DNA from: Gammaproteobacteria bacterium
GTDB taxonomy: Bacteria; Pseudomonadota; Gammaproteobacteria; DAOVJZ01
DNA: 64,000 nucleotides
Reading direction: 5' to 3'
Assembly (NCBI GenBank): GCA_029882995.1
Contig: JAOUJV010000001.1
Location: 11,668 to 75,667 of the forward strand
Each line of letters starts with the position of its first letter. Position 1 is the first letter of the stretch. A program made the translations under genes and the position numbers. Of this stretch, positions 9,984-19,894 are shown one piece after another. The notes beneath the pieces were generated by a model. The model was not told the DNA's origin, made no database searches, and was given only the letters and a program-made list of their open reading frames with translations.

Positions 9984-11363
9984 ATGGATTATTTTCCGCT
10001 TTTTTATCAAATCAAAAATCGACCCTGTCTGGTTGTTGGTGGCGGTGAAGTGGCGTCACGCAAAGTGGCTTTATTACTTAAGGCCAATGCTGATGTGACT
10101 GTGGTATCTCCCGAGCTGGGCGCAACACTGGAACAATGGAAATCAGAAGGCACGATAAAACATATTGCCGGGAAATTCTCACCTGAACAGATCGAAGGAC
10201 AGGTATTGATTATTGCCTGCACAGACGATGAAGCCACCAACAAGCTGGTGCATGAAACGGCAGTAAAAAATAATATTCCGGTCAATGTTGTTGATAACCC
10301 GAAGTTGTGTACCTTTATCGTCCCTTCAATCCTCGATCGTTCGCCCTTGGTGGCGGCTATTTCAACCGGTGGCGCGTCACCGGTACTGGCAAGGTTGTTA
10401 CGGGCACGACTCGAGACTGTAATACCGGCAGGCTATGGCAAACTGGCGGCATTGGCAGGTTCTTTCCGTGACAAGGTAAAACAAAGATTTAGCAACCCGG
10501 CAGATCGCCGTATTTTCTGGGAAAACATGTTGCAGAGTCCGATTGCCGAAATGGTGTTCAGTGGCAAGGACAAAGAGGCAAAAGAAGCGATTGAAAAGGC
10601 ACTGGTCGACGCAGACGAGGTGACCACCGGTGAAGTGTATCTGGTTGGCGCAGGGCCGGGTGATCCTGATTTACTTACATTCCGTGCATTACGTTTAATG
10701 CAGCAGGCCGACGTGATTGTTAATGATCGTCTGGTTTCGAAAGAAATTATGGAGCTATGCCGTCGTGACGCAGAAATAATCTATGTCGGTAAGGAAAGGG
10801 ATAAACATGCTGTTCCGCAGGAAGACATTAACCAGATTCTGGTCAGACTGGCGAAAGAGGGCAAGCGTGTTTGTCGTTTAAAGGGTGGTGATCCTTTTAT
10901 CTTTGGTCGTGGCGGTGAAGAAATCGAAACATTGGCTGCTGAGCAAGTGCCGTTTCAGGTGGTGCCCGCTATTACAGCCGCCTCCGGTGCGGCTTCTTAT
11001 GCCGGTATTCCACTGACACACCGTGATTACTCACAGTCAGTAACCTTCGTGACCGGTAATCGTAAGGATGGTACGGTTGATCTGAACTGGAAGGCACTAG
11101 CACATAAAAACCAGACTATTGTATTTTACATGGGGCTGATGGGAATCGAGATTATCTGCAAGCAAATGATCGCTCACGGTTTACCTGAAACAACACCGGT
11201 TGCACTCGTTCAAAAGGCAACCACACCGGAACAAAAAGTCTTTATTGCCGATCTCGCATCAATGCCTGATCTGGTTAAGTCCTCTGATATTCAACCACCA
11301 ACACTGATTATTGTTGGCGAGGTTGTTAACCTTCACAAGAAACTCTCCTGGTTTCATTCATAA
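9984..11363 (+). CDS. cysG: Siroheme synthase (precorrin-2 dehydrogenase/sirohydrochlorin ferrochelatase + uroporphyrinogen-III C-methyltransferase)
   Basis: 459 aa. N-terminal NAD-binding VVGGGEVASRKV, C-terminal methyltransferase GAGPGDPDLLT. Confidence 0.9.
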   Translation: MDYFPLFYQIKNRPCLVVGGGEVASRKVALLLKANADVTVVSPELGATLEQWKSEGTIKHIAGKFSPEQIEGQVLIIACTDDEATNKLVHETAVKNNIPVNVVDNPKLCTFIVPSILDRSPLVAAISTGGASPVLARLLRARLETVIPAGYGKLAALAGSFRDKVKQRFSNPADRRIFWENMLQSPIAEMVFSGKDKEAKEAIEKALVDADEVTTGEVYLVGAGPGDPDLLTFRALRLMQQADVIVNDRLVSKEIMELCRRDAEIIYVGKERDKHAVPQEDINQILVRLAKEGKRVCRLKGGDPFIFGRGGEEIETLAAEQVPFQVVPAITAASGAASYAGIPLTHRDYSQSVTFVTGNRKDGTVDLNWKALAHKNQTIVFYMGLMGIEIICKQMIAHGLPETTPVALVQKATTPEQKVFIADLASMPDLVKSSDIQPPTLIIVGEVVNLHKKLSWFHS

Positions 11364-11409
11364 CCTTTTATTTCGACATATAAGTCTTTACTTAATAAGA
11401 TTTTGCTAA

Positions 11410-11423
11410 TTGATATTAGTCAA
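11410..11423 (+). promoter_or_regulatory. FNR/Dnr-type box TTGATattaGTCAA upstream of the molybdoenzyme operon
   Basis: Exact TTGAT-N4-GTCAA palindrome in the AT-rich intergenic region ~200 nt upstream of the 11621 start. A further TTGAC lies at ~11445. Confidence 0.35.
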
Positions 11424-11620
11424 CAGATCAGCAAATGATCGATGTTGACTTCTATAAAGGCGTTTATACTCCATCAGCTGTTAATTAAAGAGTTATTAAC
11501 TAATGTCGTTTGGTATGTAATCTGTTGTATTAGTGCAGCATAAATGGCTTGTAGATTAATTTATGGGTTCTGTCAGCAGGTTGTTGTATTGGATTAGTTC
11601 TATAGAAATTATTTTATTAC

Positions 11621-12523
11621 ATGGCTTCAGACAATAATAAGAAATCATCTTCAGAGAACGGCAAAACCGAGACTAAAAATCATCGCCGTACTTACGGTAT
11701 TCAGACTCCCGGGACCAAAGGTATTGCAGGAACAAAGCGTTATGCAATGGTTGTTGATCTCCGGAAATGCATTGGATGTATGTCTTGCGTAGTAGCATGC
11801 AAATCCGAGTTCGGTGTTCCTTTAGGTGTTTGGCGAACCTGGGTTAAGGTTTCAGATAAAGGAACATATCCAAATACAAAGCGGATGTTCATGCCGCGTC
11901 TTTGTAATCACTGTGACTATCCGGTTTGTGTACGTAACTGTCCAACTCAGGCCACCTTCAAGCATAAGGATGGTTTTGTGTTACAGCGATACAATCGTTG
12001 TATAGGTTGTCGCACCTGTATTGTTGCCTGTCCTTATAATGCACGCCATATTTTGCCTGCAAAGCGCAGTGACAAGAATCTTCCCTATGAAGTTGTAGAT
12101 AAATGCACTTTTTGTTTTCACAGAGTGAAAAAAGGACTGGTTCCTGCATGTGTTCAGGCCTGTGTTGGTGGTGCACGAATTTTTGGTGATTTGAATGATC
12201 CTAAAAGCGAAATAGCCAGAATTGTAGCAGGAGAGACAGTAACTGTCTTGAAGCCGGAGCTCGGTACACAGCCATCTGTTTTTTATATTGGTGCAGATTG
12301 GGAAATGATGGATGAGACGCACAGTTACAATAATCGAACAGTTCAGCTTAAGCAGGAGTTTAATGACTTCAAGAGAAACCATGTCGTGGATGGATATGGT
12401 GATATTGTTGAAGGTGAATCGACTATGCGTCAGGTTGGAAAGAATATGGGTGATTTCCTGAATTCAATACCACATAAGGCTTCTGAGGTTGTCAAGGCCT
12501 TTAAGAAACTCCTTTTTGAATAG
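11621..12523 (+). CDS. 4Fe-4S ferredoxin-type electron-transfer subunit of a CISM molybdoenzyme (TtrB/PsrB-like)
   Basis: 300 aa with four Cys clusters (CIGCMSCVVAC, CNHCDYPVCVRNCP, CIGCRTCIVACP, CTFC...C). Confidence 0.75.
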   Translation: MASDNNKKSSSENGKTETKNHRRTYGIQTPGTKGIAGTKRYAMVVDLRKCIGCMSCVVACKSEFGVPLGVWRTWVKVSDKGTYPNTKRMFMPRLCNHCDYPVCVRNCPTQATFKHKDGFVLQRYNRCIGCRTCIVACPYNARHILPAKRSDKNLPYEVVDKCTFCFHRVKKGLVPACVQACVGGARIFGDLNDPKSEIARIVAGETVTVLKPELGTQPSVFYIGADWEMMDETHSYNNRTVQLKQEFNDFKRNHVVDGYGDIVEGESTMRQVGKNMGDFLNSIPHKASEVVKAFKKLLFE

Positions 12524-12532
12524 GAATTATTA

Positions 12533-13465
12533 ATGGGGTATGCGTTAACAACAATGGCAGAAAGTAGCGTAGTTATTGCGAATGCGTTTCATCATGTCGC
12601 ATGGGGAACGCCTATTTCTGTTTATTTCTGGCTTGTTGGTGCAAGCGCAGGCTCATTTGTGATTTCAAGTTTTGGCTGGGTATTTGGTATTAAGCGATAC
12701 AAGCCTCTGGCTATGACAGCATCATTGCAGGCGATTGTTCTTTTATTGATTGTGCCAATTTTATTAATCTGGGATCTGGGGAAACCGGTTCGGTTTATTT
12801 ACCTGATGTTACCGGGTTACTGGCATAGCACTGGCCCCATGGCATGGGGTTCTCTGTTGATTTTTTCTTATCCTATTTCCATGATCGTGTATGTCTGGTT
12901 TGTAATGAAGAATGATCTGTTCTGGGCCAAAACAACGGGTATTATTGCGATTGTATTGGCTATATCTACTCACTGGTATACAGGTGTGGTAATGGAACTT
13001 AATCCAGGACGATTCATTAACCATACTGCACTGGCTCCGTTACTTTTCCTTACCGGTGCATTTATATCTGGCATCGGATTGTTGATCCTGATCCTCTGGG
13101 TTCAAAATATGATCGTTGCAGTTAAAAAGCGGATCGACTGGTCACTGATGGAGGAGATGGCTCAATACATGATGTATGGCATTGTGTTTGACTGTTTTCT
13201 GCTTTTCCTTGAATTTATGCAGACATTTTATGGTAACCAGCATGAGCTTGAAGGTCATGAAACGGTGCTTATGGGTATATTCAGATTCCCTTACCTTTGG
13301 TTAGAACTGGTAATAGGTTTGATTATTCCTTTTTTCATTCTTGTTTCACCACTCAAAAGAAATAAATACGGGATCATACTCGCATCTTTCCTCGTCGCCA
13401 TAGGTGTTTATGGCATGAGGGTCTGGTGGGTAATGGGTGGCCAATATATGCAAACATTCTTTTAA
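12533..13465 (+). CDS. NrfD/PsrC-type integral membrane quinol-interacting anchor subunit (TtrC-like)
   Basis: 310 aa polytopic membrane protein located between the FeS and catalytic subunits. Confidence 0.65.
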   Translation: MGYALTTMAESSVVIANAFHHVAWGTPISVYFWLVGASAGSFVISSFGWVFGIKRYKPLAMTASLQAIVLLLIVPILLIWDLGKPVRFIYLMLPGYWHSTGPMAWGSLLIFSYPISMIVYVWFVMKNDLFWAKTTGIIAIVLAISTHWYTGVVMELNPGRFINHTALAPLLFLTGAFISGIGLLILILWVQNMIVAVKKRIDWSLMEEMAQYMMYGIVFDCFLLFLEFMQTFYGNQHELEGHETVLMGIFRFPYLWLELVIGLIIPFFILVSPLKRNKYGIILASFLVAIGVYGMRVWWVMGGQYMQTFF

Positions 13466-13476
13466 GGGAAAAGTCA

Positions 13477-15837
13477 GTGCCAAAGATTAATAGACGTGAT
13501 TTTCTGAAAGCAGGTACAGCAATTACAACTGCTGTTGCCTGTCCCGGTATTGTCACTTCAATGGAGCTCGAACTTGGTGGTTCAGACTTTCATCAGATCA
13601 GAACATTCCATCCCCGTGAACGTAATCCCTATCTGTGTACCATGTGTCCGTATTTTGATGGTGGCTTCACTTATGGTGAGGCTGGCAGGATTATGAAGGT
13701 TGAAGGAAACCCTGATCATATTGCATCACGAGGGAAATTTTGTTCAAAAGGTCTTGCATCGTTCTTTAGTGCTGTCGATCCTGACAGGATTCTTGCTCCA
13801 TTAAAGCGAGTAGGTGCGCGTGGAGAAGGTAAATGGGAAGAAATCAGCTGGGAGCAGGCAATCAAGGAAGTATCCGAGAAAGTAGAACAGGCCATGAAGG
13901 TGGGCGCTGATACGGTCTGTCTCAACGAAGGGGCGTTCAAGGAAACTGGTACGATCCGTTTTATGGATACTATCGGTTCACGGTCAGTAGTTCGCAGTCG
14001 GTTTCCATCAGTGAGTAGTACAACAAAACAAATGGTGCTTAAAAAGGCACTTGGAGTTGATTTTGTTTTACCCGATCTTGAGCATACAAAATATGTATTG
14101 AGCTTTGGTGGAAATATTCTTGAAACGGCATTTCCGCTCGCACAGCGATTGACAGATGGAATTGTAAATAATCGATTGAAGCTGGTGACATTTGATGTGC
14201 GACTTTCAAATACGGCCGGCAAGAGTAATGAGTGGATTCCTGTTTTTCCCGGTAGCGATGGTATCGTTGCAATGACAATGGCCAATGTCATTATGCAGGA
14301 AGGATTGGCTGATACCGGATTTATTGACAGGTGGACCAATCTTTCAAGTAAAGCATTGGCGAAAGGATTGGCAAAATATACACCGGCTATAGCAGAGCAA
14401 GCCAGCGGTGTTCCTGCAGAAAGTATCAGACGTATTGCGATTGAGTTTGCAAGTGAGAAATCAGGAGCAATTTTTACTCAAAATGGTATCAGTTATCATC
14501 AGAATTCTGTTGATAATGAAATGGCTTGTTTTCTGCTGTCTGTTATTACAGGCAATATTGATAATAAAGGTGGCAACTGTCTTCCAAGACAATTTGATAT
14601 TGCTTCATTCAAACCGGTACCTGCCAAAAAGGGAAGTGTGGTAAGAAAACTAAATCATAGTTTCCCATTTGAAGTGAAAGAAGGGTCACGCAAGGTTCAG
14701 GTGTTGTTTAATCATATGAGTAATCCTGTTTATTCATCGCCTGCTTCAAGTGTATGGCGTGAAGTATTGAAGGATGAATCACAAATCCCGTTCATCGTTG
14801 ACTTTAGTCCTTTCATGAGTGAAACATCAGAGCTCGCAGATATTATTTTGCCGGACGTTGTTGCTACAGAACGTGATGATGTGGCGAGTAGTCCGACAGC
14901 ACTTTTGCCATGGGCAAGCATGACCATTCCTGGAGTAAAGCCACAAGGAAAGGTGCAGGATGTCAGGATAACACTCAAGAAAATTATTGAGGCACTTGAC
15001 CCGGACGGTACACGAGGAATGAAAAAATACTGGGATTTTGCCAACACAAGAGAATGGGTGAAAAAAGAGGTAGAAGCAACCAGGGGTCTTGAGGATGGAT
15101 ATAAAAAGTTAAAGTCATCAGGGGTTTGGCCAGATTATGGAAAAATTGATCTGACAACAAGACAAATCATGAATAAGGGGCAGCCGATTACGGGTGAATA
15201 CAATACGTATACTAAAAGCGGGTTTAAAACTGCTTCCGGAAAAATTGAAATTAAAATACCTGTATGGACGCCAAATCCACGCCATGCACAAATGCAGCCA
15301 AACGAGTTTGTACTGAGCACATTCAAGGTTGCTTATCATACTAATTCAATGACATCGAATCTCAAATATCTCTCGGAAATATGGCATTCCAATCCGCTCT
15401 GGATTAATAAACAAACCGCAGCAAAACTCGGAATTGGTGATGGTGGATTGGTAAGAGTCACAAGCGATGCAGGATACATGGTGACAAAAGCATGGTTGAC
15501 ACAGGGTATTCATCCACAGGTGGTTGGTATGTCTACTTCAGTTGGACGCTCAGCATATGGGCGTGTTGCTCAGGCTGATCCTGATGCCGAACTTGCATTT
15601 CCGGGATCAGGACAACAAAACGATCCGGATATTGATGAAAATATATGGTGGCGTGATACTGGAATCAATCCGAACGACATTATTCCAATTTCACTTGATC
15701 CGGAAACTGGTGTTCAGACGTGGAACGATACAGTTGTTACGGTTACCCCTGCTGAAGCAGGAGATCAATATGGTGATATTAAGGCAGATAACGACCGTCA
15801 TTTTGCTATTTACAAAAAAATGCTTGGGAAGGTCTGA
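13477..15837 (+). CDS. Molybdopterin oxidoreductase catalytic subunit with Tat signal (TtrA/PsrA-family)
   Basis: Probable GTG start at 13477 with an RBS. Twin-arginine motif NRRDFLKAG. N-terminal Cys motif CTMCPYF...C of Mo-bisPGD enzymes. ~786 aa. Confidence 0.75.
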   Translation: MPKINRRDFLKAGTAITTAVACPGIVTSMELELGGSDFHQIRTFHPRERNPYLCTMCPYFDGGFTYGEAGRIMKVEGNPDHIASRGKFCSKGLASFFSAVDPDRILAPLKRVGARGEGKWEEISWEQAIKEVSEKVEQAMKVGADTVCLNEGAFKETGTIRFMDTIGSRSVVRSRFPSVSSTTKQMVLKKALGVDFVLPDLEHTKYVLSFGGNILETAFPLAQRLTDGIVNNRLKLVTFDVRLSNTAGKSNEWIPVFPGSDGIVAMTMANVIMQEGLADTGFIDRWTNLSSKALAKGLAKYTPAIAEQASGVPAESIRRIAIEFASEKSGAIFTQNGISYHQNSVDNEMACFLLSVITGNIDNKGGNCLPRQFDIASFKPVPAKKGSVVRKLNHSFPFEVKEGSRKVQVLFNHMSNPVYSSPASSVWREVLKDESQIPFIVDFSPFMSETSELADIILPDVVATERDDVASSPTALLPWASMTIPGVKPQGKVQDVRITLKKIIEALDPDGTRGMKKYWDFANTREWVKKEVEATRGLEDGYKKLKSSGVWPDYGKIDLTTRQIMNKGQPITGEYNTYTKSGFKTASGKIEIKIPVWTPNPRHAQMQPNEFVLSTFKVAYHTNSMTSNLKYLSEIWHSNPLWINKQTAAKLGIGDGGLVRVTSDAGYMVTKAWLTQGIHPQVVGMSTSVGRSAYGRVAQADPDAELAFPGSGQQNDPDIDENIWWRDTGINPNDIIPISLDPETGVQTWNDTVVTVTPAEAGDQYGDIKADNDRHFAIYKKMLGKV

Positions 15838-15872
15838 ATGTGTGATGTAAATAATAAAAGAGGCTTTCTATT

Positions 15873-16541
15873 GTGAAACTTCCTGCCACCAGGAACGGGA
15901 TTATTGTACTTGCGGTTGCAGGTATTATTCTCTTGTTTATCATTCTTGTCCTTTCCTGGAGTAGTACACGTTTTACCAGAATCAGTGTTTGCGAAACCTG
16001 TCATGAAATATTTGTTGATTATAATGAATATAAGCCAATAGGCGAGGTGAGCAAGTCAGTAGAAGATTACAATCCATCTAAAGAATATGACCCCGGCTTA
16101 TTTAATGTAACAGTAGGTTGCGCTGAATGTCATGCTTATCCATATAATGAATACAAAGAGTCACCTCATTACGATAATGAGAAGAATGTGCGCCCAGGTT
16201 GTGTAGGGTGTCATGAGCCACATAGTGTACGTGAAATTCTTAGCTGGAAGTTTTTCTATATAAACTCAGGCAGTTTGGGAGAAAGCCCGTTTCATGCCAT
16301 TTCAAATAGTTTGAGAGATGTTGGCGAATGGGAAGACTTGCGCATTAAACTGGCGAAACGAGTACGCGAAAAAATGGTTTCTGATAAAAGTGTCAAATGT
16401 CAAGCGTGCCACAAAACCGAAAGTGAATGGTTTAATAATATAGCGCGTCATAAAACGATGAAAGAAAGTGGCAAAACCTGTATTAATTGTCATTACAACC
16501 TTGTTCATGACGATGTGGAATGGCACGATAAAGATGAATAA
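15873..16541 (+). CDS. NapC/NirT/TorC-family membrane-anchored multiheme cytochrome c (five CxxCH motifs)
   Basis: N-terminal TM helix and motifs CETCH, CAECH, CVGCH, CQACH, CINCH. GTG start with an AAAAGAGG RBS. Confidence 0.75.
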   Translation: MKLPATRNGIIVLAVAGIILLFIILVLSWSSTRFTRISVCETCHEIFVDYNEYKPIGEVSKSVEDYNPSKEYDPGLFNVTVGCAECHAYPYNEYKESPHYDNEKNVRPGCVGCHEPHSVREILSWKFFYINSGSLGESPFHAISNSLRDVGEWEDLRIKLAKRVREKMVSDKSVKCQACHKTESEWFNNIARHKTMKESGKTCINCHYNLVHDDVEWHDKDE

Positions 16542-16941
16542 CAGTTTGCAAATGCTGGTATCGTCTGTTGCTGCCGAGACTAAGGGATATGCTGTTATTA
16601 ACAAGATAGAGGCCCGGTTTTATCAAAAGCTGATGCGATTATCCAGAAATCAACTTGCCGCGATCAAAAAGAGGCTGGCAGGTGATGCAGGCAAGTGGGA
16701 TACCTTTGTGTTTTTGATTAGAAATAGAAGTATAAAAAAAATCATTCTAAAAATTATTAATATAAAAGAGGCAAGAATTGGTGAACAAGCACTCCCTGAG
16801 ATGATGGATGATTATCGAAATATTGAAGCAGACAAAAAAAACTGGAAGGGAGTGAGTAAAGAAGAACTCGATTATATTCGTGCCATGGTCCACGGCTTAA
16901 GAGATGTAACTGAGGGCGATGTAAATCAGCCTCCAGAATAG
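16534..16941 (+). CDS. hypothetical protein
   Basis: ATG overlaps the upstream stop (ATGAATAA). 135 aa, no recognizable motif. Confidence 0.35.
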   Translation: MNNSLQMLVSSVAAETKGYAVINKIEARFYQKLMRLSRNQLAAIKKRLAGDAGKWDTFVFLIRNRSIKKIILKIINIKEARIGEQALPEMMDDYRNIEADKKNWKGVSKEELDYIRAMVHGLRDVTEGDVNQPPE

Positions 16942-17076
16942 CAGTTTTAGGGGGATTGTATTTTGTTATAAAACAGTGCCTTTTCCAGTGTCACAGGACT
17001 TTGGTGAGGCACATACCATTGAAATAGAATCGTTGAAACGGTCAAAATGGTATTAACCATCATGAGGAAATGGAAA

Positions 17077-18660
17077 ATGAAAAAACTATTAACTGGGATA
17101 TCAACGATTATTACGACAAGCGTTTTAATCACAGGGGTGGCAACTGCTGCAAAATTACAGCCGGTACCAACGCTATCTAAGGCGGAAATGGAAAAATCAT
17201 CGGCAATCTATTTTGATCGCTGTTCTGGTTGTCATGGTGTATTAAGAGGTGGTGCAACAGGCCCTGATATCACACCAGAAAAAACTCGCAAGAAAAAGCT
17301 GAAATCGCTGGAAAGAATTCTGTATGAAGGTACTGATGGTGGTATGCCGGGTTGGGGTAAAGATGGCTATATAACTAAAGCCGAAACCAAAATGTTAGCA
17401 AAATATTTGCAGATTAAACCACCCATTCCACCCGAATGGGATATGAAAAAAACCATGGCTTCCTGGAAAGTCCATGTTCCAGTCAGTAAACGCCCTACCA
17501 AAGCACCTAATACAAACTGGCAGAATTATTTTGGTGTGGTTCAGCGTGATGCCGGATTAGTCACTATTGTTGATGGCGATACCAAGGAAAAAATCGTTAC
17601 CTTAAAATCAGGCTTTGCTACTCATATTTTGAGGTCATCTTCAACAGGTCGTTATATGTATGCAATTGGCCGTGATGGTAAAGCCAGCATGATGGATATG
17701 TGGGCAACCCCTCCTAATCTTGTTGCTGAAGTTAGAACTGGTATTGATGCGCGTTCTATTGACACAAGTAAATATAAAGGCTTCGAGGACAAGTATGTAA
17801 TTGTAGGTAACTACTGGCCTTCTCATTATATGATCCTGAAAGGTGACACACTGGAACCTATCAAGATTGTGGGCACTTCCGGTTATACACATGACACAAA
17901 TGAGTACCGTTTAGAATCACGTGTTGCTGCTATCGTAGCTTCACATCATGCACCTGAGTGGCTTCTTAACCTGAAAGAACTGGGTATAGTGATGCTGGTC
18001 GATTACAGTAAGGTTGACCATGGCACTGTGACTGAAACCATGATTGATGCTGAGCGTGCCTTGCATGATGGTGGTTGGGATTCAACCAAGCGTTATTTTC
18101 TGGCAGCTGCGAACATGCGTGATACTATTTCAGTTATTGATACTGTAGAACGCAAGCTGGTTAAAAATATCAAGGTAGGCACCAAGCCACATCCTGGTCG
18201 TGGTGCAAACTGGATTGACCCTGAATTTGGCCGTGTTTGGGCAACCGTTCATCTTGGTGAAGGACTGGTTTCTATTATAAGCACCGACCCTTCAAAGAAA
18301 TATGCCTGGACGGTAGTAAGAGAGTGGGAACTGGATGGGAACTCACTATTTATTAAAACCCACGATAACAGTGAGTGGGTATATTGTGATAATACTATTA
18401 ACAAGGAAAAGAGTAAGACGCTGACCATCTTCAATAAGAACAATCCAGATGCCAAGCCAAAAGAAATCACCTTTGAGAAAAATGTTGTGCATATGGAATA
18501 TAACAAGGCAGGTGATGAAGTATGGGTTTCTCTTTGGGACGCAGAGGGTGAAGTTGTTGTGATTGATGATAAAACTCTTAATATCAAAAAGAGAATTAAA
18601 GGGCTTGATTCACCAACTGGTAAATTCAATGTCTATAATACAACGCATGATATTTACTAG
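17077..18660 (+). CDS. nirS: Cytochrome cd1 nitrite reductase family protein (NirS/NirN-like: c-heme domain + d1 beta-propeller)
   Basis: Signal peptide MKKLLTGIST..., heme-c site CSGCHGVLRGGATGPD, ~527 aa. GAGGA RBS before the 17077 ATG. Confidence 0.7.
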   Translation: MKKLLTGISTIITTSVLITGVATAAKLQPVPTLSKAEMEKSSAIYFDRCSGCHGVLRGGATGPDITPEKTRKKKLKSLERILYEGTDGGMPGWGKDGYITKAETKMLAKYLQIKPPIPPEWDMKKTMASWKVHVPVSKRPTKAPNTNWQNYFGVVQRDAGLVTIVDGDTKEKIVTLKSGFATHILRSSSTGRYMYAIGRDGKASMMDMWATPPNLVAEVRTGIDARSIDTSKYKGFEDKYVIVGNYWPSHYMILKGDTLEPIKIVGTSGYTHDTNEYRLESRVAAIVASHHAPEWLLNLKELGIVMLVDYSKVDHGTVTETMIDAERALHDGGWDSTKRYFLAAANMRDTISVIDTVERKLVKNIKVGTKPHPGRGANWIDPEFGRVWATVHLGEGLVSIISTDPSKKYAWTVVREWELDGNSLFIKTHDNSEWVYCDNTINKEKSKTLTIFNKNNPDAKPKEITFEKNVVHMEYNKAGDEVWVSLWDAEGEVVVIDDKTLNIKKRIKGLDSPTGKFNVYNTTHDIY

Positions 18661-18688
18661 ATAACTGTAAAGATGCTATAAGCAACAA

Positions 18689-18718
18689 GGGCTAAGGCTG
18701 TCGCCTTAGCCCATTTTT
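18689..18718 (+). terminator. Rho-independent terminator (gggctaaggc tgtc gccttagccc + T-run)
   Basis: 10 bp perfect stem followed by ttttt immediately after the nirS-like stop. Confidence 0.55.
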
Positions 18719-18733
18719 AGAGAGGTGTGAAAT

Positions 18734-19171
18734 ATGAAAATTAAAAACCTAATTTATTATTCTGTTGGGATAACACTGGTGGCAGCAAGCATGGTGACTC
18801 ATGCGGCAGATCGAAAAATAGAAACGGCCCCACCTGAGTTTCTTAAAATGAGTAATCCAAATGATGTGGATGATGTTGATAAGAAAATCATGAAAAATGC
18901 CAAGAAGCTGTATAAAATGAAATGTAAAAAATGCCATGGTTCAGATGGAGATGGAAAAGGCTCAGCTGCGGATGATATGGAAGTCAAGCCTACAGCATTT
19001 AACAAACCGGGTTACCTTAAAACAAGAAAAGACGGGCAACTATTCTGGATATTGAAAAAGGGAAGTAAAGGTAGTGAAATGGAGGGATTCGGCCCAGGTA
19101 CAGATGCTAATTTGTCTGATGAAGAAATGTGGGGAATAATTACTTATATGCGCTCTGAATTTACTAAATAA
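18734..19171 (+). CDS. Class I c-type monoheme cytochrome (c55x-like, probable electron donor to cd1 nitrite reductase)
   Basis: 145 aa with a signal peptide and a single CKKCHG motif. Confidence 0.7.
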   Translation: MKIKNLIYYSVGITLVAASMVTHAADRKIETAPPEFLKMSNPNDVDDVDKKIMKNAKKLYKMKCKKCHGSDGDGKGSAADDMEVKPTAFNKPGYLKTRKDGQLFWILKKGSKGSEMEGFGPGTDANLSDEEMWGIITYMRSEFTK

Positions 19172-19194
19172 CGTTTAATCTGCTGTACAAATCA

Positions 19195-19231
19195 CCTGTC
19201 CTGATTATTTGTCAGGACAGGTTTTATTTTT
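19195..19231. terminator. Bidirectional terminator hairpin between convergent genes
   Basis: cctgtcctgattatttgtcaggacagg flanked by T-runs on both strands. Confidence 0.55.
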
Positions 19232-19871
19232 GAATCAACCCCTGTTCCACAGCAAAGACTGCCGCTTCAACACGCGAATGCATATTCAGTTTTCTTAAAA
19301 TGGCCTTAACATGAAGTTTAACTGTGCCATCCGAAATACCGAGGTTGCGTGCAATAATCTTGTTGCTGTGACCTTCAGCCAGCTGCCCAAGAATTTCTGT
19401 TTCACGTGGCGTTAAGTCAGAAAGGGGAGAATCAATAACCGGTTCTGATTCAGGCGAGGGGCCTCTGATGACTTTCGCCATTATGCTGGCCAACTCTGGC
19501 GCGACCACCATTCCTCCCTGTTCAATCTCACGCAGTGCCTTGACCAGATCGTCTGGTTCCATATCTTTTAGCAGATAACCTTGTGCACCGCTTTTCAGGC
19601 AGTTGATTAAATCCTGTTCCTCTATGCTGGTGGTGAGCATGGCAATAGGCATGGTTAATCCGTTTTCACGTAAGGTTTTCAGTGCAGATAAACCATCCAT
19701 GTCTGGCATACGTAAATCCAGCAGGATGATTTCCGGCCCAAGTTCTTTGGCCAAATCAATTCCTTCGCTAGCGCGGCTGACCGAGGCAACAACCGTGATC
19801 CCACGTCTTTCCAGCAATGTTTCCAGTCCGGCGCGGAAAAGGGCGTGATCATCAACAAGTAAAATACGCAT
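19224..19871 (-). CDS. narL: NarL/FixJ-family response regulator (REC + LuxR HTH)
   Basis: MRILLVDDHALFRAGL receiver; C-terminal LTPRETEILGQLAEGHSNKIIARNLGISDGTVKLHV. Confidence 0.8.
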   Translation of the reverse strand: MRILLVDDHALFRAGLETLLERRGITVVASVSRASEGIDLAKELGPEIILLDLRMPDMDGLSALKTLRENGLTMPIAMLTTSIEEQDLINCLKSGAQGYLLKDMEPDDLVKALREIEQGGMVVAPELASIMAKVIRGPSPESEPVIDSPLSDLTPRETEILGQLAEGHSNKIIARNLGISDGTVKLHVKAILRKLNMHSRVEAAVFAVEQGLIQK

Positions 19872-19894
19872 TAATACAAATTTCCTTTCTTCTG

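Noticed and set aside
17033-17045. TTGAAacggTCAA as a classical class II FNR/Dnr promoter for nirS
   Set aside because: The centre lies only ~38 nt upstream of the 17077 ATG, which would place the transcription start inside the coding region. Kept only as a low-confidence remark within a finding, not as a feature.
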